From contig DATDRW010000087.1 in the NCBI GenBank assembly GCA_035291545.1, forward strand, positions 1 to 62,401: a stretch of 62,401 bases of DNA. Reading direction: 5' to 3'. Numbering within the stretch: the first letter of the stretch is position 1; each line of letters begins with the position of its first letter. The notes beneath the pieces were generated by a model. It saw only the letters and a program-made list of their open reading frames with translations. It ran no database searches and had not been told where the DNA came from. This DNA is from Acidimicrobiia bacterium. Its GTDB lineage: Bacteria > Actinomycetota > Acidimicrobiia > Spongiisociales > UBA11373. The position numbers and the translations under genes were made by a program. Of this stretch, positions 18,343 to 28,123 are shown in pieces.

Positions 18343-18618
18343 GTGGACGTGCCGCAGCGCATCGAGGTGGGAGACGGCGCCGGGGTGACCATCACCTGGG
18401 GCGACGATCGCGTCGACCGGCTCTCCGCAGCGATTCTCCGCTCGGCGTGTCCGTGCGCGGCTTGCCGCGGGGTTGCCGGGGCCCCTCCCGGGACGAGCGT
18501 GCGCACGGTCCGTCCGGTCGGCGGCTATGCGATCGCGGTGACCTTCGCCCCCGACGGCCATGCCGCCGGCATCTACCCATTCGACCTGCTCCGTTTGCTC
18601 GGGACCGAGCCCGCATGA
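18343..18618 (+). CDS. DUF971 family protein (gamma-butyrobetaine hydroxylase-like N-terminal domain)
   Basis: GVTITWGDDRVDRLSAAILRSACPCAAC...YAIAVTFAPDGHAAGIYPFDLL matches the DUF971 pattern. The start (GTG 18343) is uncertain. Confidence 0.55.
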   Translation: MDVPQRIEVGDGAGVTITWGDDRVDRLSAAILRSACPCAACRGVAGAPPGTSVRTVRPVGGYAIAVTFAPDGHAAGIYPFDLLRLLGTEPA

Positions 18619-20303
18619 TCCCGGCGACCCCCCGGGCGACGCTCGCCGCGTCGGTCGAGACTCTCGCACAGCGATCCGGGGCCTGGGTCGCGGTACCGGT
18701 TGCAGAGAAGGTAGATCACCTGCGGACGGTGATGTCCAGATTCCTCGAGGTGAGCGACGACCTCGTCGCCGATGCGCTGACGGCCAAGGGCCTCGACCCG
18801 TCGTACGGAGCCGAGGATTGGGTGTCGGGGCCGATCAGCTTCCTGCGCACCTGCCGATTCCTCGCGGCGACGCTCGATGGGATCGAACGAACCGGCCGGG
18901 TTCCGCTGCCCGACGAAGCTTTCGGGGAGCGACCGGACGGACGGGTGACCGTGGACGTGATACCGGGCGATCGGTGGGATCGCGTGCAGTACCCGCGCTG
19001 GAGCGGCCGGGTGTGGATGGAGCCGGGTATTCCCCTTGCCGCAGCCCGGGAGCACCTCGGGTCGATCTACACCAAGCCCGGGTCCGCCACGCCGGCGGTC
19101 GCCGCGGTGCTCGGCGCCGGCAACGTGGCGAGCATCGCCCCCCTCGACCTGGTGCACAAGCTGTTCGTCGAGGGCCATGTCGCCATCGTGAAGTTCAGTC
19201 CGATCAACGAGTACGTGGGACCGCACGTGGAGCACGCATTCGCCCCTCTGGCCGACGCCGGGTTCGTCCGTTTCGCCTACGGCGGTCCCGACGTCGGGGA
19301 GTACCTGGTGCGCCACCCGCTGGTGGACGAGGTGCACATCACCGGGTCCGAGCTGACCCACGATGCCATCGTCTTCGGCACAGGCGACGAAGGACGGGCA
19401 CGCAAGGCGCGCAACGAGCCGATTCTGGCCAAGCGGATCACGAGTGAACTGGGCAACGTGAGTCCGGTCATCGTCGTCCCGGGCGACTGGTCGTCTCGCG
19501 CCCTCGCCTGGCAGGCACGCCACGTGGCCACCCAGGTGGTGCAGAACGGCGGGTACAACTGCAACGCCGCAAAGGTGGTGCTCCTGTCCCGTCTCTGGCG
19601 GCAACGTGACGAGTTCGTCGAGGCAGTCGCCGCGTGCCTGGCATCGCGCCCCCCGCGACCCGCCTACTACCCCGGGTCGGAAGCCCGGTATGAGCGGGCC
19701 ATCGTCGGGGCACCGCGGGTGCGGGTGCTGGGCCAACACGGCGACGGGTGCCTTGCCCCGACGATCCTCGAGGGATTCGACGCCTCTGCCGAAGCCGCGG
19801 CGATCACCGAGGAGGCCTTCTGCCAGGTGGTCGCCATCGTGGATCTCCCCGAGGCTGCACCCGGCCGGTTTCTGGGAGCGGTGGTGGACTTCTGCAACGA
19901 ACGGCTCCGCGGCACGCTGAACGCCACGATCCTCGTCGACCCTCGAACCGCCCGGGCTCCCGAGACGGGTGTGGCGCGAGCCGTGGAGCGGCTGCGCTAC
20001 GGCTCGATCGGGATCAATGTGTGGGCCGCAGCGGCCTTCCCACTCGGCGTCGCCCCCTGGGGCGCGTACCCGGGGCACCGTCTCGACGACGTGCAGAGCG
20101 GGATCGGGTTCGTGCACAACGCCCGGCTCATCGATCGTCCGGAGAAGACGGTGATCCGGGCACCGTTCGTGATGTTCCCCGCCCCGCCGTGGTCGGTGTT
20201 CCACCGGCGGGCCACGGCGGCCCTGCGCCGGGTGGCCCGATTCGAAGCGGACCCCGGCCCGCTGCGTTTGGCCGCGATGCTGGGACCCTCGCTCCGGCCC
20301 TGA
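18615..20303 (+). CDS. Aldehyde dehydrogenase superfamily protein (divergent subfamily)
   Basis: VLGAGNVASIAP, KFSPINE, ITGSELTH, ELGNVSPVIVVPG and GGYNCNAAK (catalytic Cys region). ATG 18615 overlaps the DUF971 stop (ATGA). Confidence 0.8.
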   Translation: MIPATPRATLAASVETLAQRSGAWVAVPVAEKVDHLRTVMSRFLEVSDDLVADALTAKGLDPSYGAEDWVSGPISFLRTCRFLAATLDGIERTGRVPLPDEAFGERPDGRVTVDVIPGDRWDRVQYPRWSGRVWMEPGIPLAAAREHLGSIYTKPGSATPAVAAVLGAGNVASIAPLDLVHKLFVEGHVAIVKFSPINEYVGPHVEHAFAPLADAGFVRFAYGGPDVGEYLVRHPLVDEVHITGSELTHDAIVFGTGDEGRARKARNEPILAKRITSELGNVSPVIVVPGDWSSRALAWQARHVATQVVQNGGYNCNAAKVVLLSRLWRQRDEFVEAVAACLASRPPRPAYYPGSEARYERAIVGAPRVRVLGQHGDGCLAPTILEGFDASAEAAAITEEAFCQVVAIVDLPEAAPGRFLGAVVDFCNERLRGTLNATILVDPRTARAPETGVARAVERLRYGSIGINVWAAAAFPLGVAPWGAYPGHRLDDVQSGIGFVHNARLIDRPEKTVIRAPFVMFPAPPWSVFHRRATAALRRVARFEADPGPLRLAAMLGPSLRP

Positions 20304-20306
20304 CGG

Positions 20307-23300
20307 TCAACGCGTTCGGGCGGCGATCCCGCGGTACGACGCGACGAAACCGGTGGCGAGCAAAGCCATTCCCAGTGCGGTGCCGCCGGGCTCGGCTCCG
20401 TCGATGGTCGTCACCACCATGCGCCGGATCCGCCGTTCGGCGAGATCGGCAAGCGCAGCCGCGGTGGCCGCCAGGTCGTCCGGGTCGCCGGTGAAACACA
20501 GCACCGACCTCCCGCTGCGCTCCACGAAGGCGGCGGGCCGTCCCCCGACGAGAACCGCGTAGGCGCCCGCAGAGCGTGAGGGACGGCCGGGGTGCTCGGG
20601 CCACGGGATCGCGGCACCGAAGGGATTCGCCGGATCGGCGGCGGCGACGACGGTGGCCGGGCCACCCTCGTCATGACCCAGCCTGAGGCGATCGACGGCC
20701 CCGGGGAGGGCGAACTGGGAGCCGCCGAGACCTTCGACGAAATAGCCACGGCGCACCCGTCCGGCGTCCTCGAGGGCGGCGAAGACGGGATACGCCCCCG
20801 AGAACCCACCCGGGATCCCTTCGGCCAGGACCGCGTCGCGGACCACGATGCCGTGGCGCTCCAGCAACTGGTCGACCCTCGCCGCAGCAGCCTCGGTGGG
20901 TGAGATGGGCGTCGCGAGATCGGACACCAGGTACCACCGCCCGCTCCCCGCGGGCGGCGCGGCCGCCGATGGCAGGGTCGGGCGCCTCGTCGCCGGCCTG
21001 CGTACTCGCCCCCACAGGAAGGCCCGGAGCGGCGCCACGGTGTCGTTGGTCACCTCACCCGCCCACACCAGATCCCACAGGGCGTCGAGGGTCTCCTCCG
21101 GGTCGCCACCTCCGGCGGCGGCGTACAGGTCGCGGAAGAACGATGCACCCCGCTCGGCGAGGCGGCTGCGGATGCGCTCGTGGATCGTTCCCGCGGGTCT
21201 GTCGGCACCGGCATCCCACACCAGCGCCTGCACCCGGTCGCGCAGATAGAGCGCCACCCGCCCGTCGCGGCCCCCGAGGGGACCCCTGCCGACCCAGACC
21301 ACGTCGCCGGATGCAGTGAGCGAGTCGAGCAGGTCGGGGGAGTAGCGCAGTCGGGAGGAGAGCACGTCCCCTTCGAGGATCGACGCCGGGATGGCGGCGC
21401 CCTGCAGCCTGGCGATGCACTCGACCAGGCGTACCGTGCCGGTCCCGCCGGTGCCGATGCCGTGCCAGCCGAGACCGAAACGGGTGAAGGTGGGGTGATC
21501 CACCGCCTCGATCGACCGCCGCAGCAGGGCGAGCGATCGGCGGCGCATCCGTTGCAGTACCTCGACGGAGACCCACTCGACTCCGTGCCCGCCGGGGCGC
21601 ACCGCTCCCCGGGTGACCCGCCCGCGGTGCTCGAGGGCGTCCAGGGTGGCGGTGACGACGGCGCGGGGGAGTCCGAGCGCGGCGGAGACGTCCTCCGTGG
21701 TGAACGGCCCGTTCGTGCGGGCAAACCGCGAAACGAGGTCCGACACCGGATCATCGCCCGGCTCGAGGTGAGCCGCCGGGATGCCGGGGGGCACGGCGAC
21801 ACCCAGGCCGTCGCGCAGCCTCCCGGCGTCCTCGACGGCCGCCCAGTGCGGCTCGCCGTGGAGGGTCACCCGAATCACCCTTCGCGTCCGTTCGAGGCGG
21901 GAGAGGATCGCGTTCGCGTCGGCGTCGGCAGACCGCGCGGCCACGGCGGCGGGGGTGAGTGGTCCGAGGCGGCGCAACAGATCGGCGGTGGCGTCCTCGC
22001 CGGAGGCGCGTCGTTCCGGACTGAGGGACTGCAGGTCGGCCTCGACCCCGGCCACCGCCTCGGGTTCGAGCAGGTCGCGCATCGCCGGTTCCCCGAGGAG
22101 TTCCCGGAGCAGGGTCTGGTCCACGGTGAGCGCCATGGCCCGACGCTCGGCAGGAGGGGCGTCGTAGTCGTACATGAACGAAGCGACGAAGTCGAACGAG
22201 AGGCTCGTGGCGAAAGGGCTGGGACCGGCGGTGTCGACGACGGTCACCCGCACCCGCCGCGCCGCGACGTCGGCGAGCAGCGCCTTCAGGGCCGGGAGGT
22301 CGAAATGCTCCTGGAGGATCTCGCGGTACGTCTCGAGCACGATCGGGAACGTGGGGTATCGGGCAGCGACGCCGAGCAGGCCCTCCGAGCGCCGCCGTTG
22401 CAGCCACAGCGGAGTGCGGTGACCGGGTCGGCGCCGGGGGAGCAGCAGCGACCTGCCCGCCGCCTCGCGGAACCGCCCGGCGAAGAGGGTGCTGACCCCC
22501 ACCTCGTCGACCACGAGCCGCTCGACCTCTTCTGGGTCGAGCAGAATCGATGCGGGATCGGGCGGGACGTCGGCGTCGGGAAACCGGACGATCACGCCGT
22601 CGTCCGACCACACCGCCTCGGTGGTCACGCCCGCGGCCTCGCGCAACCGACGCTGTACGGCGAGGGCCCACGGCGCGTGCACCCTTGCGCCGAAGGGAGA
22701 CAGGACGACGAGCCGCCAGTCCCCGATCTCGTCGCGGTAGCGCTCGACCACGATGATGCGATCCGACGGAAGTGCACCGGTGGCGGCGACCTCTTCGGCG
22801 AAGTAGGAGACCAGGTTGACGGCGGCACGGGGATCGAGCCGGTACCGGGTGGTGAGCAACTCGCGGGCCGCCTCGGGCTCGAGGTGCCCCAGTTCTCGCA
22901 CGAAGGCGCCGATGGCCCGTCCCGTCTCGACCGGTCTCCCCAGCCCGTCGCCGTGCCAGAAGGGCATCCGGGCGGAGCGTTCGCCGGGGGCGGGGACGAC
23001 CACCACGCGATCGGGGGTGATCTCGACAACCTTCCAGGAGGAGGATCCGAGGACGAACACGTCCCCGATGCGGCTCTCGTACACCCACTCCTCGTCGAGT
23101 TCCCCGACCCGGCCCCCTTCGGGCAGCACCGCCGGGTACAGCCCTCGGTCGGGGATCGTCCCGGCATTGGTGACCGCCAGCAACCGGGCATTGCCTCGGG
23201 CGGTGAGTGTCCCGTTGGTGCGGTCCCACACGATCCGGGGCCGGAGTTCGGCGAAGTCGTCGGAGGGATACCTGCCGGACAGCATGTCGAGCACGGCCTC

Positions 23301-24677
23301 GTACGCGCTCCGGGGAAGGTTCCGAAACGGCGTCGCCCGACGCACCATGTCGTAGAGATCGTCGGCGGCGCGGTCGGCGACCGCGACACACGCCACCACC
23401 TGCTGGGAGAGGACGTCGAGCGGGTTCTCGGGGATCACGGTCTCCTCGATGAGACCGTGGTGCATGCGGTCGACGATCACAGCGGTCTCGAGGAGGTCAC
23501 CGCGATGTTTGGGGAAGACCCGGGCTCGACTCGGCGCGCCCACCTGGTGGCCTGCCCTGCCGACCCGCTGCAGTCCCCGGGCGACCGTCCCCGGTGACTC
23601 GACCAGAACCACCAGATCGACTGCGTCCATGTCGATGCCCAGTTCGAGAGAAGACGTGGCGACGACGCAGCGCAGCGCGCCGGTCTTCAGCCCGTCCTCG
23701 ATGATGAGTCGCTGTTCGCGCGACAGCGAGCCGTGGTGAGCCCGCGCGATCTCCTCCCCGGCGAGATCGTTGAGCGCACCCGCCAGCCGCTCCGCGATCC
23801 CGCGGCTGTTCGAGAAGACGATCGTCGATCGATGTCGGCGGACCAGGTCGAGGATTGCCGGGTACACCGATGGCCAGATCGACCGGGTCGGGTGGCCCTC
23901 GTCGTCGGTGGTGTCCGGGGCGGTCATGTCCTCGACCGGGACGACGATCTCGATCTCGAGTTGCTTGTCTCTCGGGGCGTCGACGATGCGAACCGGCCGC
24001 GGCGTCCAGCCGTTCTCCGAGGCGGTGCCACCGGCGAGGAACTCGGCGATCCGCTCCAGGGGACGCTGGGTGGCGCTGAGCCCGATCCGCTGCGCGGGTG
24101 CCTTCGTGATCTCTTCGAGCCGCTCCAGGCTCAGACTGAGGTGAGCTCCCCGCTTGGTACCGGCAATCGAGTGGATCTCGTCGACGATCACCCAACGCAC
24201 CGGGGCGAGGATCTCGACGGCGGCGGAGGTGAGCATGAGGTACAGGCTCTCCGGGGTCGTGATGAGGATGTCCGGGGGGTGCCGCTGCATCCTTCGGCGC
24301 TCGTCGGCAGGGGTGTCTCCGGTTCGCATGGCGGTGACGAGGTCCGCCAGCCGTTCACCGCGGCGCGCTGCGGCGTGCGAGATGCCGCGCAGGGGACTTC
24401 GCAGGTTGCGTTCGATGTCGTACGCGAGCGCCTTCAACGGCGAGACGTACAGCACCCGGCAACGGTCGCGTTCGGGGGGTGGTCCCTCCAGGAACAGGCG
24501 GTCGAGCGCCCAGAGAAAGGCGGCCAGCGTCTTTCCCGATCCGGTCGGGGCGTGGACCAGTGTGTGCGTCCCGCCGGCGATGGCGTCCCAACCCAGCTCC
24601 TGCGCCGGAGTCGGAGCCGCGAAAGAGGCCTCGAACCACGAGCGGGTGGCCGGGGTGAAGCGGTCGAGGGCGGACAT
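20307..24677 (-). CDS. lhr: Lhr-type ATP-dependent DNA helicase (large, about 1456 aa)
   Basis: MSALDRFTPATRSWFEASF..., HAPTGSGKTLAAF (motif I), VIVDEIHSIAGTKRG (DEIH), and a long Lhr-type C-terminal extension. Start is set at ATG 24677; the upstream 174 aa of the track ORF overlap the divergent gene and are His/Arg-rich. Confidence 0.9.
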   Translation of the reverse strand: MSALDRFTPATRSWFEASFAAPTPAQELGWDAIAGGTHTLVHAPTGSGKTLAAFLWALDRLFLEGPPPERDRCRVLYVSPLKALAYDIERNLRSPLRGISHAAARRGERLADLVTAMRTGDTPADERRRMQRHPPDILITTPESLYLMLTSAAVEILAPVRWVIVDEIHSIAGTKRGAHLSLSLERLEEITKAPAQRIGLSATQRPLERIAEFLAGGTASENGWTPRPVRIVDAPRDKQLEIEIVVPVEDMTAPDTTDDEGHPTRSIWPSVYPAILDLVRRHRSTIVFSNSRGIAERLAGALNDLAGEEIARAHHGSLSREQRLIIEDGLKTGALRCVVATSSLELGIDMDAVDLVVLVESPGTVARGLQRVGRAGHQVGAPSRARVFPKHRGDLLETAVIVDRMHHGLIEETVIPENPLDVLSQQVVACVAVADRAADDLYDMVRRATPFRNLPRSAYEAVLDMLSGRYPSDDFAELRPRIVWDRTNGTLTARGNARLLAVTNAGTIPDRGLYPAVLPEGGRVGELDEEWVYESRIGDVFVLGSSSWKVVEITPDRVVVVPAPGERSARMPFWHGDGLGRPVETGRAIGAFVRELGHLEPEAARELLTTRYRLDPRAAVNLVSYFAEEVAATGALPSDRIIVVERYRDEIGDWRLVVLSPFGARVHAPWALAVQRRLREAAGVTTEAVWSDDGVIVRFPDADVPPDPASILLDPEEVERLVVDEVGVSTLFAGRFREAAGRSLLLPRRRPGHRTPLWLQRRRSEGLLGVAARYPTFPIVLETYREILQEHFDLPALKALLADVAARRVRVTVVDTAGPSPFATSLSFDFVASFMYDYDAPPAERRAMALTVDQTLLRELLGEPAMRDLLEPEAVAGVEADLQSLSPERRASGEDATADLLRRLGPLTPAAVAARSADADANAILSRLERTRRVIRVTLHGEPHWAAVEDAGRLRDGLGVAVPPGIPAAHLEPGDDPVSDLVSRFARTNGPFTTEDVSAALGLPRAVVTATLDALEHRGRVTRGAVRPGGHGVEWVSVEVLQRMRRRSLALLRRSIEAVDHPTFTRFGLGWHGIGTGGTGTVRLVECIARLQGAAIPASILEGDVLSSRLRYSPDLLDSLTASGDVVWVGRGPLGGRDGRVALYLRDRVQALVWDAGADRPAGTIHERIRSRLAERGASFFRDLYAAAGGGDPEETLDALWDLVWAGEVTNDTVAPLRAFLWGRVRRPATRRPTLPSAAAPPAGSGRWYLVSDLATPISPTEAAAARVDQLLERHGIVVRDAVLAEGIPGGFSGAYPVFAALEDAGRVRRGYFVEGLGGSQFALPGAVDRLRLGHDEGGPATVVAAADPANPFGAAIPWPEHPGRPSRSAGAYAVLVGGRPAAFVERSGRSVLCFTGDPDDLAATAAALADLAERRIRRMVVTTIDGAEPGGTALGMALLATGFVASYRGIAARTR

Positions 24678-24713
24678 CGCACGGAATGTACCGAGAGAAG
24701 GCGACATGGGAAC

Positions 24714-25193
24714 ATGCCGCGCGTGCGCCGAACCATCCCGTTTCTCTACACGGGCGTGACCGTGGCTCTGTGGGTGGTGATCCTTCCCGGGGTGCTCATC
24801 CGCGACCAGCAGGGCGTCGGCGGGATTCCCTGGCGCCCTCTGCCGCTGGTGATCGCGGCCGCCGCCGTGCTTCTCGCCGGTACCGGCTTGGTCCACTACC
24901 CCGCTCGGCAGCTGGCGCAGCGGGGGATCGGTCTGTTCGGGATGACTCCCGGGCCGGTGCTGGTGACCGACGGCTGGTACCGGCGGGTGCGCAACCCGAT
25001 CGACGTGGGGACGACGCTGATCGCGCTCTCGCCGGTCGCCGCATTCGACGTGGCCTTGATGTGGGTGGTTCCGGGAGCTGCGCTGATCAACTTCACCGTC
25101 GGGGCCGGTCTCTACGAAGACCGGCGGCTGTTCGAGGGTTTCGGCGAGGAGTTCACCGGCTACCGGCGCCGGGTACCCAAGTGGATTCCGTGA
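24714..25193 (+). CDS. Membrane methyltransferase family protein (isoprenylcysteine carboxyl / phospholipid methyltransferase-like)
   Basis: 159 aa, about four hydrophobic helices, with LVTDGWYRRVRNPIDVG...LYEDRRLFEGFGEEFTGYRRRVPKWIP typical of ICMT/PEMT-like proteins. Confidence 0.7.
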   Translation: MPRVRRTIPFLYTGVTVALWVVILPGVLIRDQQGVGGIPWRPLPLVIAAAAVLLAGTGLVHYPARQLAQRGIGLFGMTPGPVLVTDGWYRRVRNPIDVGTTLIALSPVAAFDVALMWVVPGAALINFTVGAGLYEDRRLFEGFGEEFTGYRRRVPKWIP

Positions 25194-25197
25194 CCGC

Positions 25198-25225
25198 ATG
25201 GTCGATGGTCGGTCGACGGTCGACG
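25198..25225. repeat. Heptanucleotide tandem array ATGGTCG x2 + GTCGACG x2
   Basis: Read directly in the 39-nt convergent spacer between the stops at 25191-25193 and 25233-25235. Confidence 0.75.
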
Positions 25226-25232
25226 ATCAGCC

Positions 25233-26195
25233 CTACCCGTCGGCCAGCCTCCGCTGAGCCATCCCGTTGAGCAGCTCCAGGATCACCCGGTTCGCCAGGA
25301 GCGCCGTGATGTTCGCCGGGTCGTAGGCGGGTGCGACTTCGACGACGTCGGCCCCGAGAACGTTCAACTCCCGTCCGAGACGCCGCACCGTGTCGAGCAA
25401 CTCCCTGGCGGTCAGCCCACCCGGCTCCGGCGTGCCCGTCCCCGGGGCGGCGGCGGGGTCGACCACGTCGATGTCGATCGACACGAACACCCCTTTCGCC
25501 CCGTCGGCGGCATGGGCCACGGCGTCGTCGACCACCGCGGCGAGCCCACGCTCGACGATCTCGGCCATGAAGAAGGACCTCATGCCCTGATCCCGCATCC
25601 AGGCGACGGTCTCTGGTCCGGGCCAGTAGCCGCGGAGTCCGATCTGCACGAACCGGTGGCCGGGCACGGCGCCCGACTCGATGAGCCTGCGCATCGGGGT
25701 GCCGTGACCGTGGAGCATTCCCCACTGGCTCTGTCCGGTGTCGGCGTGGGCGTCGAAGTGGATCAGGGCGATGTCGCCGTGCCCGTGGATGTCGGCGACG
25801 CCCCCGGCGTCGGGAAAGGTGATCGTGTGGTCGCCGCCGATGACGACCGGGACCGCACCGGTGCCGGCGACGGCCGCCACCACTCGGCGAATGCGGTCGA
25901 TCCCGTCGTCGATGTACCCGGGTACGACCTCGACGTCGCCGATGTCGACCACGCCGAGCACCGCCAGGGCGTCGATGCCGGTGTCGAGGTGAGGCCGCCG
26001 GCCGTCGGCTTCGAGATAGTCGGCATCGCGCACCGACGCAGGGCCGAACCGGGCACCGGGCCGGTAGCTGGTGCCCCAGTCGAGGGGTGCGCCCATCACC
26101 ACGACGGCGGCGTCCCCGATGTCTTCGAGGGTGCGCATCGGGACGCCGACGAAGGTGTTGCGGGAGGAGAAGGGGAGGTTGCCGAAGCCGATCAC
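25233..26195 (-). CDS. speB: Agmatinase / ureohydrolase (arginase family)
   Basis: Mn-binding motifs GGDHTITFP, HFDAHADT and SIDIDVVDPAAAPGTGTPEPGG. Confidence 0.88.
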   Translation of the reverse strand: MIGFGNLPFSSRNTFVGVPMRTLEDIGDAAVVVMGAPLDWGTSYRPGARFGPASVRDADYLEADGRRPHLDTGIDALAVLGVVDIGDVEVVPGYIDDGIDRIRRVVAAVAGTGAVPVVIGGDHTITFPDAGGVADIHGHGDIALIHFDAHADTGQSQWGMLHGHGTPMRRLIESGAVPGHRFVQIGLRGYWPGPETVAWMRDQGMRSFFMAEIVERGLAAVVDDAVAHAADGAKGVFVSIDIDVVDPAAAPGTGTPEPGGLTARELLDTVRRLGRELNVLGADVVEVAPAYDPANITALLANRVILELLNGMAQRRLADG

Positions 26196-26237
26196 CCCGC
26201 CAGGCTATCGCGGAACACCCGCGGCGAACCGACCAAG

Positions 26238-26897
26238 ATGGGTCCGACGGACCCCGGGGATGGGAGAGGTGTGGACATCGCGGTGAATCTCGTGGAGAGC
26301 TATCTGCGGCTCAACGGCTATCTCACCCTCACCGAGTTCGAGGTCCAGGCTCGCAACGAGCGCGGCTCCTTCGAGAGTGTCACCGATGTCGACATCATGG
26401 CGATCCGGTTCCCCGGAGAGGTGTTCGCCGGCGATCCCCACGACGGGATCGAGGCGCGGATGCTGGCCATTGCAGATCCGGCGCTGCAACTCGAGCCCGA
26501 CCAGATCGACGTGATCCTCGGCGAGGTCAAGCAGGGTTTCGCCGAATTCAACCCCGGCCTCCGACGCCACGTGGTGCTCCACTCGGTGTTGCGGCGCCTC
26601 CAATGGCTGTTCGCCGCCGACCTGGCGCAGATCGTCGACGAATTGGCCCGCCGCAACCTGTGCATGGTCCCGGGGCGCGGCGGGGGAATGATCCGGGTGC
26701 GGCTGGTCGCGTTTGGACGCTCCGACCACAACGACCTGCACACGATCGGGCACGGCCACATCGTCACGACGATGCTCGGCTTCCTCTCGGGACTCGATGA
26801 CGCCTTCCGCCCGGTGCAATTCCGGGATCCGGCACCGGCCATGCTGAGCCTGCTGTTGAAGACGGGATTCGACGTCCGTGAGCATCCGAGGGCTTGA
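26238..26897 (+). CDS. Hypothetical protein with a predicted PD-(D/E)XK nuclease-like core
   Basis: AVNLVESYLRLNGY (helix with Glu), VTDVDIMAI (Asp on a strand), and VILGEVKQG (E-x-K). Order and spacing fit the restriction-endonuclease-like fold. No family name recognised. Confidence 0.5.
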   Translation: MGPTDPGDGRGVDIAVNLVESYLRLNGYLTLTEFEVQARNERGSFESVTDVDIMAIRFPGEVFAGDPHDGIEARMLAIADPALQLEPDQIDVILGEVKQGFAEFNPGLRRHVVLHSVLRRLQWLFAADLAQIVDELARRNLCMVPGRGGGMIRVRLVAFGRSDHNDLHTIGHGHIVTTMLGFLSGLDDAFRPVQFRDPAPAMLSLLLKTGFDVREHPRA

Positions 26898-26927
26898 AGC
26901 TCCGGGCGGTCGAAGGTTCGTCTGCGC

Positions 26928-27359
26928 CTATCCGCCGCCCCACAGTTTCAGACCGGTCGACTCGTCCGGGAGCCGAACCGGAGGCTCACCGACGAGTTCC
27001 TGGAGGTTCACCTCGAGGGCGAACACCGTGCACCCGCGGTTGAGGTGGCCCCCGAGTGACCGTCCCTGATCGTCGCCGAAAGCGGCGTGGGTGTGGACGA
27101 AGGGCGCTCCGTCGAGGAGCGACACGTTCCCCAAACCGGAGAGCACCTCGAGGTGACGATCGACGGTGAAGTCGGAGTAGGCGTGTCCGACCTGGTCGTA
27201 GTACCGCAGTGAGGCGGCGCTCACCGCACCGAGGTAGGTGAACCAGGCGGCCTGGATCCGTTGCTCGGCGGCGTACCCGGTGATGGCTCCCACGATGTCG
27301 TCGCCGCGGTCGAGACGGAGCAGGTGGATCGGACCCGGCCGGAAGCGGAAGACCCTCAC
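26928..27359 (-). CDS. PPC (DUF296) domain protein
   Basis: HLLRLDRGDDIVGAI..., LEVLSGLGNVS, and HTHAAFGDDQGRSLGGHL fit the PPC/DUF296 pattern. GTG 27359 overlaps the upstream stop (GTGA). Confidence 0.75.
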   Translation of the reverse strand: MRVFRFRPGPIHLLRLDRGDDIVGAITGYAAEQRIQAAWFTYLGAVSAASLRYYDQVGHAYSDFTVDRHLEVLSGLGNVSLLDGAPFVHTHAAFGDDQGRSLGGHLNRGCTVFALEVNLQELVGEPPVRLPDESTGLKLWGGG

Positions 27360-28123
27360 GCGCCGGACGCCGCCACGAACGCCTTGGCCCGCCCCGGGTC
27401 GACGGGCGCGGCGGTGACACCGCCGACCTTCACTGCGGTGCCGACGATCAGGCCTGCGCACACGGCGAGGAGTTGGCGCGCCGAGCTCGCATCGGCGCCC
27501 GATCCGACGTAGAGAGGAGCACCCGGGGCTGCGGCGGCGACCCGCTCGAGATCGGAACGGTCGACGGCCTTGCCGGTGCCGGGCCCGCTCACGACGATGC
27601 CATCGGCGCCGGCGCGCTCCCAGAGGTCGGCCGCGGCCTGGTCGATGGTGAGGCCGGCCGGAGGGGTGGCGTGTTTGACGAAGACGTCGGCGAAGATCGC
27701 CACCCCGGGCGCCACCGCGGCACGGAGGCGGGCGACCTCTGCCGCCTTTCCGGTGATCGTCCCCTGATCGGTGTGCATCACCCCGGAGAGGACGTTGACC
27801 CGGATGAAGGCGGCTCCGGTGGCGGCGGCGACGGCCAGCGCTCCCAGGGCATCGTTGCGCAGCACGTTGACGCCGGTAGGGACACCGAGCGCGGCGATCG
27901 CGGTCACCGCCCGGGTCATGGCGGCGATCGTCGTCTTCGGCGCGTCCTCAGCGAAGAAGGGGGCATCTCCGAAGTTCTCCACGAGGACGGCGTCGAATCC
28001 GGCCTGGATCAATGTGCGGGCGTCGGTGGATGCTGCCGCGACGATGCCGTCGATGTCACCGCCGTAGCGCGGCGAGCCCGGGAGTGGCCCGAGGTGGACC
28101 ATCCCGATGAGGCGGAGAGTCAT
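27356..28123 (-). CDS. BtpA/SgcQ family TIM-barrel protein
   Basis: LIGMVHLGPLPGSPRY, DAVLVENFGDAPF, GVNVLRND and IRVNVLSG are typical BtpA family motifs. Confidence 0.8.
   Translation of the reverse strand: MTLRLIGMVHLGPLPGSPRYGGDIDGIVAAASTDARTLIQAGFDAVLVENFGDAPFFAEDAPKTTIAAMTRAVTAIAALGVPTGVNVLRNDALGALAVAAATGAAFIRVNVLSGVMHTDQGTITGKAAEVARLRAAVAPGVAIFADVFVKHATPPAGLTIDQAAADLWERAGADGIVVSGPGTGKAVDRSDLERVAAAAPGAPLYVGSGADASSARQLLAVCAGLIVGTAVKVGGVTAAPVDPGRAKAFVAASGA

Noticed and set aside
24678-25199. 174-aa N-terminal extension of the lhr ORF as drawn in the track
   Set aside because: The extension is His/Arg/Pro-rich. It overlaps the oppositely oriented methyltransferase-family gene, which has coherent membrane helices. 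Lhr homologues begin close to the MSALDRF...WF motif at 24677.
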